Shown here one piece after another: positions 34,932 through 43,851 of a stretch of DNA of 48,124 nucleotides. Every line of letters begins with the position of its first letter. Positions within the stretch are counted from its first letter, which is position 1. The notes below the pieces were generated by a model. That model ran no database searches and was not told the origin of the DNA. It saw only the letters and a program-made list of their open reading frames with translations. The stretch is taken from NCBI GenBank assembly GCA_041631255.1, contig JBFKKL010000001.1, forward strand, positions 1 through 48,124. Direction: 5' to 3'. The translations under genes and the position numbers were made by a program. Source of the stretch: Candidatus Woesearchaeota archaeon (lineage in GTDB: Archaea; Nanobdellota; Nanobdellia; Woesearchaeales; UBA583).

Positions 34932-35230
34932 TGCAGGACATTGATTTATGGGTAGATACAAGATTACAAGCACCAACAAATAGATTAAGAAGAGTTGAGA
35001 GAGGTGAAAAAATTAACTTAAGATTCCTAGAGATGGCTCTTAATAGGTTTCATTACGTTAAATCAGAATCAGGTAAAAGGGAAGTAGATAAGATGTATGA
35101 ATTTTTCAAAGGAAAATATGGGGTAGATAGAGAAACTTTTGATTTAATCTGTCAAAGATTAGAAACACATCATAATGGATACAGGGAGGAAATATTTAAA
35201 CCAACATGGAGACAGTTGAAAGTAAATTAA
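34928..35230 (+). CDS. Hypothetical protein
   Basis: ATGA-coupled ORF. Confidence 0.55.
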   Translation: MMQDIDLWVDTRLQAPTNRLRRVERGEKINLRFLEMALNRFHYVKSESGKREVDKMYEFFKGKYGVDRETFDLICQRLETHHNGYREEIFKPTWRQLKVN

Positions 35231-35346
35231 AAGAGTTTGACGATAAACTCAACAAACATTTTGACGACAAGTTAAAAGAGTTCTGTGAAAGAGAAGGCTA
35301 CGATTATGAAGCAATAAAGAAACTTAACAAGAAAGAGAGGAATTGA
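35206..35346 (+). CDS. Small protein (46 aa)
   Basis: ORF below the track cut-off, overlapping the upstream gene by 25 nt. Confidence 0.35.
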   Translation: METVESKLKEFDDKLNKHFDDKLKEFCEREGYDYEAIKKLNKKERN

Positions 35347-35348
35347 AA

Positions 35349-35516
35349 ATGGATAAGAAAGTGTTACTAGATAGGAAAAAGGAATTAAAAGCAGAGATAG
35401 ATTCTTTGAAAACAAAAAAGAAACAAATCGAAGATAGAACTGTACTAATCAAATTAGAACTTGCAGTTATTGATGAACAAATCCAAAAGAAACACTATGA
35501 GATGAGGAGCCTATAA
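35349..35516 (+). CDS. Small coiled-coil protein (55 aa)
   Basis: K/E-rich heptad-like ORF below the track cut-off. Confidence 0.4.
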   Translation: MDKKVLLDRKKELKAEIDSLKTKKKQIEDRTVLIKLELAVIDEQIQKKHYEMRSL

Positions 35517-35520
35517 GAAA

Positions 35521-35877
35521 ATGTCAAAAATACTTTTTATCTGTTCGTTTGGACAATCTCGCAGTAGATGGTTTGCAGAGAAATTCATGGACAATGGAAT
35601 CAAAGCACAATTCTGCGGTTACGATAAAGAGGCAACACCTAAACTTGAAAATTGGGCAATCGATTGGGCAGACATTATAGTTATCTTAGATAAACATTTC
35701 TCTGACAATGTGAATTTAATTGAGTTCCCAAACTTTTCACTTAAAGAAGTAATTCATTTTCATATTGAAGATAAACCTTACGAATTTCATCAATATTTAT
35801 TTAACAATCAAAAACTTAGAGATTTATATTATTCCAATAAAGACATAAAATGGAAAAAGGAGTGGTTAGAAGAATGA
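35521..35877 (+). CDS. Low-molecular-weight phosphotyrosine phosphatase / ArsC-like protein
   Basis: N-terminal KILFICSFGQSRSRW matches the CX5R(S) P-loop. Confidence 0.5.
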   Translation: MSKILFICSFGQSRSRWFAEKFMDNGIKAQFCGYDKEATPKLENWAIDWADIIVILDKHFSDNVNLIEFPNFSLKEVIHFHIEDKPYEFHQYLFNNQKLRDLYYSNKDIKWKKEWLEE

Positions 35878-36053
35878 ACAAAGAAGGATTCAACATATTA
35901 TACAACGCATTACCTGAAGAGGAGAGAAAAAGAATTGTTGTTTACAATAACGGTTTCCCTTATTCTTTGAATGTAATCAAACAAGAAGTTGATGCAGGAA
36001 CAGAATTAGGAATATTCTTATTAGAAGATATAGACAAATACTTGGAGGCTTAA
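35874..36053 (+). CDS. Small hypothetical protein (59 aa)
   Basis: ATG at 35874, ATGA-coupled. Confidence 0.5.
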   Translation: MNKEGFNILYNALPEEERKRIVVYNNGFPYSLNVIKQEVDAGTELGIFLLEDIDKYLEA

Positions 36054-36054
36054 G

Positions 36055-36315
36055 ATGAAACCAACAATAGAATTAGTCACATATTCGGAATCAAGTCCGA
36101 GAATTAAGAAAGTTAATAGAGATGAAAAGATTTATTCAATAAGACAATCAGAAGAAATGAAATTCTTTTCAGCAATGGTCGGAGCAACTATCATGTCAGG
36201 ATTCATTGTTCTTTACAAATATGTTTTTGGTAGAGGTTTCGATACAACAGCATTTGTGTTCACAATAGTTCTAATTACAGGACTTGCAATATTTTGGACA
36301 ACACTTAGAGATTAG
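36055..36315 (+). CDS. Small two-TM protein
   Basis: Hydrophobic segments FFSAMVGATIMSGFIVLY and FVFTIVLITGLAIFW. Confidence 0.55.
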   Translation: MKPTIELVTYSESSPRIKKVNRDEKIYSIRQSEEMKFFSAMVGATIMSGFIVLYKYVFGRGFDTTAFVFTIVLITGLAIFWTTLRD

Positions 36316-36319
36316 AAAA

Positions 36320-36559
36320 ATGAGTAAAATTAAATTAGGACACAAGCAAAAGAAGTTATTACAAAAACTATACGAAGAAGAGATATTAACAGTAAAAGAT
36401 TTCATGGACATTTATGGGATAAATTCAGAACAGGCATTTGTTAAAATAAAGTCTTTTGAAAAAATGGGGTGGATTGAGAGAAAGGGTAGAGGTTCAACAT
36501 TAGTATTTTTAGAGGGAAAGAATTTTATAGATTGTGTAGGAGAATTAGAATCATTTTAG
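36320..36559 (+). CDS. Winged-helix (MarR/TrmB-like) putative transcription regulator
   Basis: LLQKLYEEEILTVKDFMDIYGINSEQAFVKIKSFEKMGWIERKG. The ATG at 36320 follows the upstream TAG. Confidence 0.5.
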   Translation: MSKIKLGHKQKKLLQKLYEEEILTVKDFMDIYGINSEQAFVKIKSFEKMGWIERKGRGSTLVFLEGKNFIDCVGELESF

Positions 36560-36847
36560 AAATTCTTTCAAATCTTTTTTAACTTCAAACAAGAACTCAG
36601 ATTTAATCTTCTCAACATCTTTATCTAAACCTAGATGTTCAGCAATATCACTTCTCTGTAAGAACTTCTCAAATTCAATTTGTATGAACTGATTAACAAC
36701 ATCAGACACATTGGAACTAATATCACCAATAATCTCTTCAATTTGGCTATTTAAAATCCTCTTAGGCATACAAATCTTTTCATTGGAATTAGGTCTTCCT
36801 TCCAAAACAAGTTCTTTGAACAATTCAAATTTACGAGATTTCACCAT
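36551..36847 (-). CDS. Hypothetical protein (98 aa)
   Basis: Last gene of the minus-strand block, convergent with 36320..36559. Confidence 0.55.
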   Translation of the reverse strand: MVKSRKFELFKELVLEGRPNSNEKICMPKRILNSQIEEIIGDISSNVSDVVNQFIQIEFEKFLQRSDIAEHLGLDKDVEKIKSEFLFEVKKDLKEFLK

Positions 36848-36996
36848 TCTAACCTCACAATCATTTCATTTGTCCAAGTTATTGCTAAAAGAACAAAGGA
36901 CAGTGGATTACCATAGATAAGTGCATGAAAAACAGAAGTAATTAAAATCACTTTATTCAAACTAATAACCCAATCAGGAATATTTATTTTTCTCAT
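36841..36996 (-). CDS. Small TM protein (51 aa)
   Basis: ATGA-coupled to the HNH gene, below the track cut-off. Replaces the antisense track ORF 36711..36920. Confidence 0.45.
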   Translation of the reverse strand: MRKINIPDWVISLNKVILITSVFHALIYGNPLSFVLLAITWTNEMIVRLEW

Positions 36997-37391
36997 TCTT
37001 CATCCACCATCCCTATATCTTCTTTTCTCTTTTGATTCCACTCTGCAACATCGATTTTTGTCTTCTCGGAGTGGTGTTGACGACACAATGTTTGAAGATT
37101 ATCAAGTTCATCACTACCACCTAAACTAACAGGCTCTATATGGTCTATTTCTAATGAATCTGTTGAACCACATTTCACACATTTATAATTATCTCTTTTC
37201 AAAACTTTACTCCTAATAGCGTTCCAATCAAAAACTTTGCATAGGTGTTTATAGAAATAATCATTACATTTAGGAGAACAAGTTCTAAGATTAGTTCTAA
37301 CAGGATTCTTCATACATGATGGACAAATCCCTTCAGCAATTTTTTTCTCAACCCAATTGGGCATATCTAATCTGAATGTTTCTCTTGCCAT
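36993..37391 (-). CDS. HNH endonuclease with an N-terminal Cys cluster
   Basis: CVKCGSTDSLEIDHIEPVSLGGSDELDNLQTLCRQHHSEKT. Confidence 0.85.
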   Translation of the reverse strand: MARETFRLDMPNWVEKKIAEGICPSCMKNPVRTNLRTCSPKCNDYFYKHLCKVFDWNAIRSKVLKRDNYKCVKCGSTDSLEIDHIEPVSLGGSDELDNLQTLCRQHHSEKTKIDVAEWNQKRKEDIGMVDEE

Positions 37392-37394
37392 TTT

Positions 37395-38690
37395 TTAATT
37401 AAAATCAAACCCCGTTCTAACATTATCAGGATAAAGTGGGAGATATTGATTTCCTGCCCAAACATAAATCCATTCCACATTGTAGGGTTTTTCATATGTC
37501 ATTTGATATTTATAATATTGAACACATTCTTGAGGCATGAGATTTTGTACTGTAGAAAAATCAGGCATATAAGAGAACAGAAAAGAACTTGCACCACGAA
37601 TCAAATGAGGGCTCAAAAGGTCAGGATGTTGAAAAATCACTATTAGGTTTACATTTAACTTTCTTAAATTTACTTGAACATTTGTTATCATATCGACACA
37701 TTGTTGGTGATTCTGATTCTTTGAAGCGTAATAAAAGGCATCATCCAAAAAAAGGAGTAATGGGCGATTAAATCCATTTGACCTTGCTTTTTGTACAGTC
37801 TGTCTGACCTTATCAAGTAATAAATAAACATCGTTAGCAAGAAAATTTCCATTACTAACAGAAAAATGATTAACAACAACTACATCATTTCGTCTTTGAC
37901 TCTCAGGGAGAGCCTTATCTTCTTTTCTAAATCCCCAATGATAATTTAAATCAATCCCCTCATATCTTTCATCTACAAAGTTACTATCAGAAATAGTGGA
38001 AATCTTGGCTTTAAGACTTCTAACCTCTCCTTCGAACAAGTTACTTTTATCCTTATCAACTTCTTTAAGCAAATCTTTAATGTTAGTAATTCCTTTCTTA
38101 ATCTTGTTAGAGACGTAAGTTGAAAGTTGAGGGCTTAGGCTTAATCCCTGCCAAAATGACCTATCTCCTAAAGTACTTAAAGGATGAGAATAAGTTTTAT
38201 ATTTATTTTTCCACATATTATTTTTTTTCAAGAATTCTTTCACATAAGAAGGTACATATGAAACAATTGGTAAAGTTTGAGGATTACTTAAAGGGTGTAA
38301 TCTAAATTTTGTGCCTTGTTTTTTAGCACTCTCCATCTCATCTGATTTAGGGGAGAACACCATAATGCCATAACCTTGATTATGAAAATCACACATCATA
38401 TTTCTTGTCAATTTTGATTTTCCAAATCCTGCTGAGGATATGACGCACATGTTATAGTGTTCACTCCTATCTATTGTGAATCCTCGAATATGTTCTCTAA
38501 GGTCATTCTCGAGAGAAGGAAATTCACCAAGTTGTTCATAATACTCATAAGAATGTTTTAATCCCAAAAAACAGACTTGTCGGTCTTTCCAATAGTTTTT
38601 CTCTTTAACTTCCACATGATTAACTAATTGTCTAAGTGGCAAGAAATTCGGTTCAGTTTTCCTAATCTTATATTTTCGTCTATTAACCAT
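37395..38690 (-). CDS. FtsK/HerA/VirB4-superfamily P-loop NTPase (second ATPase)
   Basis: Walker A SSAGFGKSKLT followed by IMVFSPKSDE (compare the hhhhDPKGE motif). Walker B LLLFLDDAFYY. IVIFQHP sensor-like motif. Confidence 0.65.
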   Translation of the reverse strand: MVNRRKYKIRKTEPNFLPLRQLVNHVEVKEKNYWKDRQVCFLGLKHSYEYYEQLGEFPSLENDLREHIRGFTIDRSEHYNMCVISSAGFGKSKLTRNMMCDFHNQGYGIMVFSPKSDEMESAKKQGTKFRLHPLSNPQTLPIVSYVPSYVKEFLKKNNMWKNKYKTYSHPLSTLGDRSFWQGLSLSPQLSTYVSNKIKKGITNIKDLLKEVDKDKSNLFEGEVRSLKAKISTISDSNFVDERYEGIDLNYHWGFRKEDKALPESQRRNDVVVVNHFSVSNGNFLANDVYLLLDKVRQTVQKARSNGFNRPLLLFLDDAFYYASKNQNHQQCVDMITNVQVNLRKLNVNLIVIFQHPDLLSPHLIRGASSFLFSYMPDFSTVQNLMPQECVQYYKYQMTYEKPYNVEWIYVWAGNQYLPLYPDNVRTGFDFN

Positions 38691-38890
38691 TATAAAATAA
38701 TTCTCCCAAAATGTCCTTTTTCTTCTAATTCATCTAAATGTTCCTTTATAGTGGGATGAAAATTAATTCCAATCCCTGAGTTTATCATTAACAATTTCTC
38801 TTTAACATATTCAGTATCAATAAAACCTCCTGAATCATCAAGAATCAAATATAGTCCATAAATTTGTTTTTTATACCAAACATCATTCAT
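38690..38890 (-). CDS. Small hypothetical protein (66 aa)
   Basis: The ATG at 38890 is preceded by AGGTGGG and overlaps the upstream stop by 8 nt. Confidence 0.5.
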   Translation of the reverse strand: MNDVWYKKQIYGLYLILDDSGGFIDTEYVKEKLLMINSGIGINFHPTIKEHLDELEEKGHFGRIIL

Positions 38891-39779
38891 TTTCCCACCT
38901 TTTCTCAATTGTATTCAAATCCTCAAAATATTCGAGAGGCTTACCTTGAAACTTATCTATGTGCTCAACAAATTCAGGCATATCCTTTTCATCTAGGGAA
39001 TGCAGATAACAAATCATATTCCAAACGGACTTATAATAAGTTGAGAACTCTTCAGGTGATGTAAAATCAAAATCTTTATCTCCTTTCATCCTATCAATAA
39101 TCTTTTTATGGCATTTCTGTACTTCATCAGACACCCCTTGATTTCCTGTGGAAACTACTACTTCAGGAACATACGATTCAACTCTATCATGATTTTTGTT
39201 TTCCATTGGAAGTTCAAGTTCATTCTCTTTAGCAACATTCTTTAGAACTTCATCATCAAAATGTTTATGTACATCAACTTTCTTTGCACCTTCTTCAATT
39301 TGCGGTCTCAAAACATCGTAAAGAAAATCAATTCTATGTTGCAATGTTTGTTTTTCAATAATGTTCTTTTCAGTTTCAAGTTCTTTTATTAGTTCATCTT
39401 TTCTATCTAATTCATCTTTAAGTTCAGTATTCTCTTCAATAAGTGTTTGTCTTTGCGAATCAATATTTTCAATTTCACGAACTATATCTCTAAAATCCGA
39501 TTCAATATCTTTCTTGATATTAAGTAATTCAGTTTTCATAGCGTTAAGCATCATAAAGCAGTTATAACCTACTTCAGCAGGAAACTTATCAAATCTAAGT
39601 TTACATTTTTTCAAGAAATCATCAAACTCTACGGGCACGTGATTCGGATTACTCCTATAATTTTCTATATAAACACAATCATTCTTACTCAAATCTAAAT
39701 CTTTAAGTGTCCTGTTAAGGTAATCTTCACTTTTTTGGATAAGGTTCTGAATATCTATAATCTCAATATCTTCATTCAT
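38883..39779 (-). CDS. Coiled-coil protein (298 aa)
   Basis: ATG at 39779 is ATGA-coupled. Central E/K/L-rich coiled coil (ENTELKDELDRKDELIKELETEKN). Confidence 0.6.
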   Translation of the reverse strand: MNEDIEIIDIQNLIQKSEDYLNRTLKDLDLSKNDCVYIENYRSNPNHVPVEFDDFLKKCKLRFDKFPAEVGYNCFMMLNAMKTELLNIKKDIESDFRDIVREIENIDSQRQTLIEENTELKDELDRKDELIKELETEKNIIEKQTLQHRIDFLYDVLRPQIEEGAKKVDVHKHFDDEVLKNVAKENELELPMENKNHDRVESYVPEVVVSTGNQGVSDEVQKCHKKIIDRMKGDKDFDFTSPEEFSTYYKSVWNMICYLHSLDEKDMPEFVEHIDKFQGKPLEYFEDLNTIEKRWENE

Positions 39780-40033
39780 TTTTTCCACACTCCAAAATTC
39801 TTTCTACGTTGTTTCCTATAAATATTAAAATGTGCTTTTATGTATTCAGGCGAAATTTCGCCTGACGCTAAATCATGAATAAAAAACTCTTCAAGTTCAT
39901 TTAATTCCATTTCATCTCTTTTCATTGCCCGTTTAATATCTTTAACTAAACAGAATAATCCATCTATTCTCAAAGATTCCGAATCAGCAATTTCGTATCC
40001 TGCAATAATTTTATCTTTAAGCGATTTACTCAT
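39776..40033 (-). CDS. Hypothetical protein (85 aa)
   Basis: ATGA-coupled on both sides. Confidence 0.55.
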   Translation of the reverse strand: MSKSLKDKIIAGYEIADSESLRIDGLFCLVKDIKRAMKRDEMELNELEEFFIHDLASGEISPEYIKAHFNIYRKQRRKNFGVWKK

Positions 40034-40176
40034 TCTCCATGCACCTCCTTCATAAAAGTATCAATAAACTCTGCAAAATCTTTAGAAGAATTAATCATAT
40101 GTTGAACTTTACTAACTTCAATCATTTTAGGTTCAGGATTTCTTTTAATAGTTCCAATAATCATTTTAGGGTTCAT
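40030..40176 (-). CDS. Small protein (48 aa)
   Basis: ATG preceded by AAGGAGGTAATTAG (a strong SD). Replaces the antisense track ORF 40039..40230. Confidence 0.5.
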   Translation of the reverse strand: MNPKMIIGTIKRNPEPKMIEVSKVQHMINSSKDFAEFIDTFMKEVHGE

Positions 40177-40689
40177 CTAATTACCTCCTTTCGCACCTGT
40201 TTGTTGATTAGCCATACTAGGACTAAATGAAACTGACTTTTGATTAAGTTGTACTTGTAGTGCATGGACTTTAATTCTCAAATCAGAGATTGAGTTCGCA
40301 TTGAATAAGTGATAAAGTTCTTCTTGAATATTTCTAAGCGTTTGAAGTTCAATTTCTTTTGCTCTCATTTTATCTGAAATAATCGGTGCAGTTGATTCAT
40401 CAAACGAGAAACTCTCTTCATCATCAAGATTAAAGTAATATACTTCTAATTCTGAATCTGTAACTTCCTTTTGTTTTGGGTCATAATGTCTATATGTCGC
40501 CTTTTGGTAATCGACTTTATGTTTATTATGTCTAGCAACACAAGTTAATTTCTTGCCCCACATCTCACCAAAATCTTTCCAAAACAAATCATAATGTTCG
40601 TTATACTCACCATACCCTAAAGAATATATGTTCCCTTTCTTACTTGTACCGACAAATAGCATCGGTTTCCCTTCACGTTTAAGCACCAT
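40177..40689 (-). CDS. Hypothetical protein (170 aa), first gene of the minus-strand ATPase/HNH block
   Basis: Leaderless geometry behind the promoter at 40713-40733. Confidence 0.6.
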   Translation of the reverse strand: MVLKREGKPMLFVGTSKKGNIYSLGYGEYNEHYDLFWKDFGEMWGKKLTCVARHNKHKVDYQKATYRHYDPKQKEVTDSELEVYYFNLDDEESFSFDESTAPIISDKMRAKEIELQTLRNIQEELYHLFNANSISDLRIKVHALQVQLNQKSVSFSPSMANQQTGAKGGN

Positions 40690-40712
40690 AATACTAATTC
40701 TGCATTTTCATT

Positions 40713-40733
40713 ATTTATAAAATGGCGTGTTTT
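40713..40733 (-). promoter_or_regulatory. Promoter AAAACACGCCATTTTATAAAT (minus strand)
   Basis: 21-nt exact match to the integrase promoter at 3205-3225. 23 nt lie between the TATA and the ATG at 40689. Confidence 0.65.
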
Positions 40734-40873
40734 TATGAAATATCTCTTTAGGTGTGAATCCACGAAAAGTAAGTAACAAACATTTATAAAGAAAAGTTTT
40801 AGAGGAATAACTAGACCCAAAAGAAACGATAAGTTGGTCTGTTTATGAAAGTAAAGCGGAAACGCTATATAGT

Positions 40874-41275
40874 ATGTTTAAAATGTCACAAGGAACAAAT
40901 AAACTAAGATACACAACTCTAAAAGGGATTCATCCTGAGGAGTTAGAAAAAGAATTTGAAGTATTCACTTACGACAAAGTAGTAATGAACATAGATTTTG
41001 ATGTTTTAACACACAATCATGGGTTCGAATTTATTCTTTATTTGAAATGGGCAGATAAAGGCTCAAGCAATAATCCTATGAAAATTAAGATTATGCACTC
41101 AAACAATAAAGAGAATTTTGATAGAATCTGTACAGATTTCATCAGAGATAAGTTTGAATTTAATAGTGTGAATAAGACAATCAGTATTTTTGAAGAATTA
41201 ATGTATTGTAAAATGATTCAATACCGAGAAGAGAAAAGCATAACTTATGTTTCAAAAAGGCAGTATAGGAGATAA
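40874..41275 (+). CDS. Hypothetical protein (133 aa)
   Basis: First plus-strand ORF after the divergent intergenic region. Alternative ATG at 40883. Confidence 0.55.
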   Translation: MFKMSQGTNKLRYTTLKGIHPEELEKEFEVFTYDKVVMNIDFDVLTHNHGFEFILYLKWADKGSSNNPMKIKIMHSNNKENFDRICTDFIRDKFEFNSVNKTISIFEELMYCKMIQYREEKSITYVSKRQYRR

Positions 41276-41278
41276 AAA

Positions 41279-41722
41279 ATGGATAACCTATCAAAAAATC
41301 AAGAAACAGTATTGACTTTACGGAAACAAGGATTGACTCAAAAAGAAATAGGTGATGAATTAGGAGTTTCAAAACAAGCCATTTCAAAAACAATGAAAAT
41401 TTTGAGAAGAAAAGCCGTAATACCAAGAAAAGAACTGCACAACTCTTTTAATATTCCTTTGAGAGGCATAAAATTTTTTCACGATGGATATGTAAAGTTT
41501 AATTCGGAGGGAAATGAAATATTTTTACATAGACATATTTGGGAAATAAACAATGGCACCATTCCTGAAGGTTATGTAATTCACCATATCAATTTAAATC
41601 GAAGTGATAACAGATTAAACAATTTAATGTGTTTAACTCATAAACAACATAGAGAGTTACATAAAAAAATTGATAATGGAATTCAAGAAATAACAAAAAA
41701 ATTCATGAAAGAAATACAATAA
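41279..41722 (+). CDS. HTH (sigma-70 region 4/LuxR-like) plus HNH endonuclease fusion
   Basis: LTQKEIGDELGVSKQAISKTMKIL, then HRHIWEINNGTIPEGYVIHHINLNRSDNRLNNLMCLTHKQHRELH. Confidence 0.8.
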   Translation: MDNLSKNQETVLTLRKQGLTQKEIGDELGVSKQAISKTMKILRRKAVIPRKELHNSFNIPLRGIKFFHDGYVKFNSEGNEIFLHRHIWEINNGTIPEGYVIHHINLNRSDNRLNNLMCLTHKQHRELHKKIDNGIQEITKKFMKEIQ

Positions 41723-41723
41723 A

Positions 41724-42710
41724 ATGGTCGAAAAAACATATAAAAAAACAAGAGGTTCCCCTACCCCTACCCTTATGAGGTTGCAAAAGGTTCCTTTTGA
41801 CATAGAAGTCTTAGAAGAATTAAGTGAAATTCAATTAGATATTTTATGTAAATTATGTGTTGATTTCATGTCAAGAAAAGAAATTGCAAAAAGCCGTAAT
41901 GTGTCTCCACAAGCCATAGGAAAAGTAATTAGGAAGTTTAGAAAAGAAGGAATAATAGACAATTTTAATCGCCCAAATACAGACATAAAACCTCAAGGTT
42001 CCCCTACCCCTAAAAAAGGTAGGGGTTCCTCACCTGACAACCCCAAAAATAACAAACTTTTTAGGTTACATGGAGAGAATATGTCAGCAAAAATTCTAAA
42101 GACTTCTCCTAAGTATATGAAACTAATTGAAAAGAAATCACAATTTCCAATTAAAGGAAACAAAGTAATGTTACATAGAAGAAAAGTTGTCATTTATTCA
42201 AGTACTTCTTTTTATGATAAAGACCCGAGGGAGTGTGAGAGAAAAAGTAATGATTATTGGACTAATTTTTATAGGATTTTAGAAAATGAATTAGGTATCA
42301 GAATAATTATGGGTGTAAAAACCGAGATTTATCAATTTAGAAGGCATATTGGAAGAATCAACGACCCTCTTGCAAAAAATGTAATACAAGAAAGATTATA
42401 TTATAGAGTTGTAGATGATTTAGGTCAAGAAAGATTAATTATTGATAACTCAGGTAATATGGCAGAACATGAGGCAACCCATAAAGAATTATGTATTGAT
42501 GATATTGAGAAAATTGCCCAATATGATTTAGACATAATTACAAAAGAACATTTCAAACCTAGTGAGATTTCAGCACTATTTAAAAAACTAACAGAGAATT
42601 TTACTTATTTGCAAGAGTTTGTAGGAATGAGTGAAGGAAGACAAGCAAAAACAGAGGCACATTTGGAAGATACAGTAAGACTATTGAAAGAGGTATTAAA
42701 GAGATTATGA
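41724..42710 (+). CDS. HTH-containing protein with GSPTP repeats (candidate replication or DNA-processing protein)
   Basis: MSRKEIAKSRNVSPQAIGKVIRKFRKEGII is paralogous to the upstream HTH. The rest is unassigned. Confidence 0.5.
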   Translation: MVEKTYKKTRGSPTPTLMRLQKVPFDIEVLEELSEIQLDILCKLCVDFMSRKEIAKSRNVSPQAIGKVIRKFRKEGIIDNFNRPNTDIKPQGSPTPKKGRGSSPDNPKNNKLFRLHGENMSAKILKTSPKYMKLIEKKSQFPIKGNKVMLHRRKVVIYSSTSFYDKDPRECERKSNDYWTNFYRILENELGIRIIMGVKTEIYQFRRHIGRINDPLAKNVIQERLYYRVVDDLGQERLIIDNSGNMAEHEATHKELCIDDIEKIAQYDLDIITKEHFKPSEISALFKKLTENFTYLQEFVGMSEGRQAKTEAHLEDTVRLLKEVLKRL

Positions 42711-42820
42711 CAGGAATAATCGGAAACGCTCCTGAGTACAAATCTAAGAAAGGGAGAAAGAAGTTTGCAATATCACAGTTCCATGCAAGAATGGACAAAT
42801 TAAAGAGGAATTTAAGATGA
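42707..42820 (+). CDS. Tiny basic protein (37 aa)
   Basis: ATGA-coupled, below the track cut-off. Confidence 0.35.
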   Translation: MTGIIGNAPEYKSKKGRKKFAISQFHARMDKLKRNLR

Positions 42821-42939
42821 AAAATAAAGACAATTTACCAATCAATTGTACAAAAGAAGAGATAATCACTGACAAGATGAAAGGTGGCAAGTTTTGGGAT
42901 AACTTGGAAAAATTAAAAAACAAAGGTAAAAATGGTTAG
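42817..42939 (+). CDS. Tiny protein (40 aa)
   Basis: ATGA-coupled, below the track cut-off. Confidence 0.35.
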   Translation: MKNKDNLPINCTKEEIITDKMKGGKFWDNLEKLKNKGKNG

Positions 42940-43042
42940 AGAAACTAGAAAAGACAAACTAATGAGAATCAAGAGACAAATCCAAGAACATTTGGCTTTG
43001 AGAGTAAGAAATAAATTAAAAGAATTAGAGGTAAAACAATAA
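42932..43042 (+). CDS. Tiny basic protein (36 aa)
   Basis: Overlap-coupled, with a TAATG junction to the next gene. Confidence 0.35.
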   Translation: MVRETRKDKLMRIKRQIQEHLALRVRNKLKELEVKQ

Positions 43043-43647
43043 TGGCAATATCAACATCAAAATATAAGAAAGGCAAGATAGGTTCAAAACATTTCCAAAA
43101 AACTAATTTCAATAGAAAACATTACAAAGACAAATTACTTAGAGGGATATTAGATAGTATAGGTAAATACCAAGAAACAATTGACGGCTATTCAGTTTAT
43201 GGATTCCCTAAGAACAATCCAACTAAGTATCGTTTCGTCAAAGGTAAGCGAAAGATATGCAATTTATCTCCTAAAGACATTTTAGTTATCATGTCAAGAA
43301 AACTTCCTCCTGAAGAGTTCAGGGATTGGTGTTTCAGTAATATTGGTGTTTTAGACATAATGAAAAACTCTCTTGGCGGTTCAAGTGATATTGAAGGTTG
43401 GAAAAAAATAATTCAAAGATTTGTCAATTCAACCACTACAAGAAACATAAACGAGTTCATTGAAAGTGAAATGGATTTTGATAAGAAAGAGGTTTTGTAT
43501 AAAGAGAGTATTGACATATTAGAAGATAAAGTTGATTCACTTCAAGACGAGATTGCAAGATTAAAAGCAGAATTAACAATTCAGAAAAGAAAAGATATTG
43601 TAATCAATGAAAGTTCAACAGAGATTAACGATTATCAAAAAACATAG
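43042..43647 (+). CDS. Hypothetical protein with a C-terminal coiled coil
   Basis: 201-aa ORF, ...VDSLQDEIARLKAELTIQKRK. Confidence 0.55.
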   Translation: MAISTSKYKKGKIGSKHFQKTNFNRKHYKDKLLRGILDSIGKYQETIDGYSVYGFPKNNPTKYRFVKGKRKICNLSPKDILVIMSRKLPPEEFRDWCFSNIGVLDIMKNSLGGSSDIEGWKKIIQRFVNSTTTRNINEFIESEMDFDKKEVLYKESIDILEDKVDSLQDEIARLKAELTIQKRKDIVINESSTEINDYQKT

Positions 43648-43676
43648 TTTTATAAGTACAACAAACCCTATAAAAC
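43645..43676 (+). promoter_or_regulatory. Promoter-like cassette TAGTTTTATAAGTACAACAAACCCTATAAAAC
   Basis: Degenerate copy of the 27954 cassette. It is followed by about 170 nt with no ORF longer than 10 codons. Confidence 0.45.
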
Positions 43677-43851
43677 TATCTTTTGCAAAGTAAATGTTAA
43701 ATCATTAATAGCAAACAGCAATAACTTAACATTAGCAGTACTCAAGACAAATATTCATCAGGTTGTTTTTCACTACGGAAACGCCATTTGAGTAGGTATT
43801 TATGGAGTACAAAGCGAGAGAATCAATTTAACTTTCAATTAAATAACGAAA

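Noticed and set aside
41724-42710. HEATH (HExxH) in the 41724 protein as a metalloprotease site.
   Set aside because: This is an isolated pentapeptide in a soluble HTH protein with no supporting downstream Glu/His motif, so it is likely chance. Only the membrane protein at 4692..5801 is retained as an HExxH candidate.
26766-43676. The CCCTAA/ACCCTAAA motif resembles telomeric repeats.
   Set aside because: It occurs only as single copies embedded in promoter cassettes (ACAAACCCTA), never as tandem arrays. The replicon appears circular.
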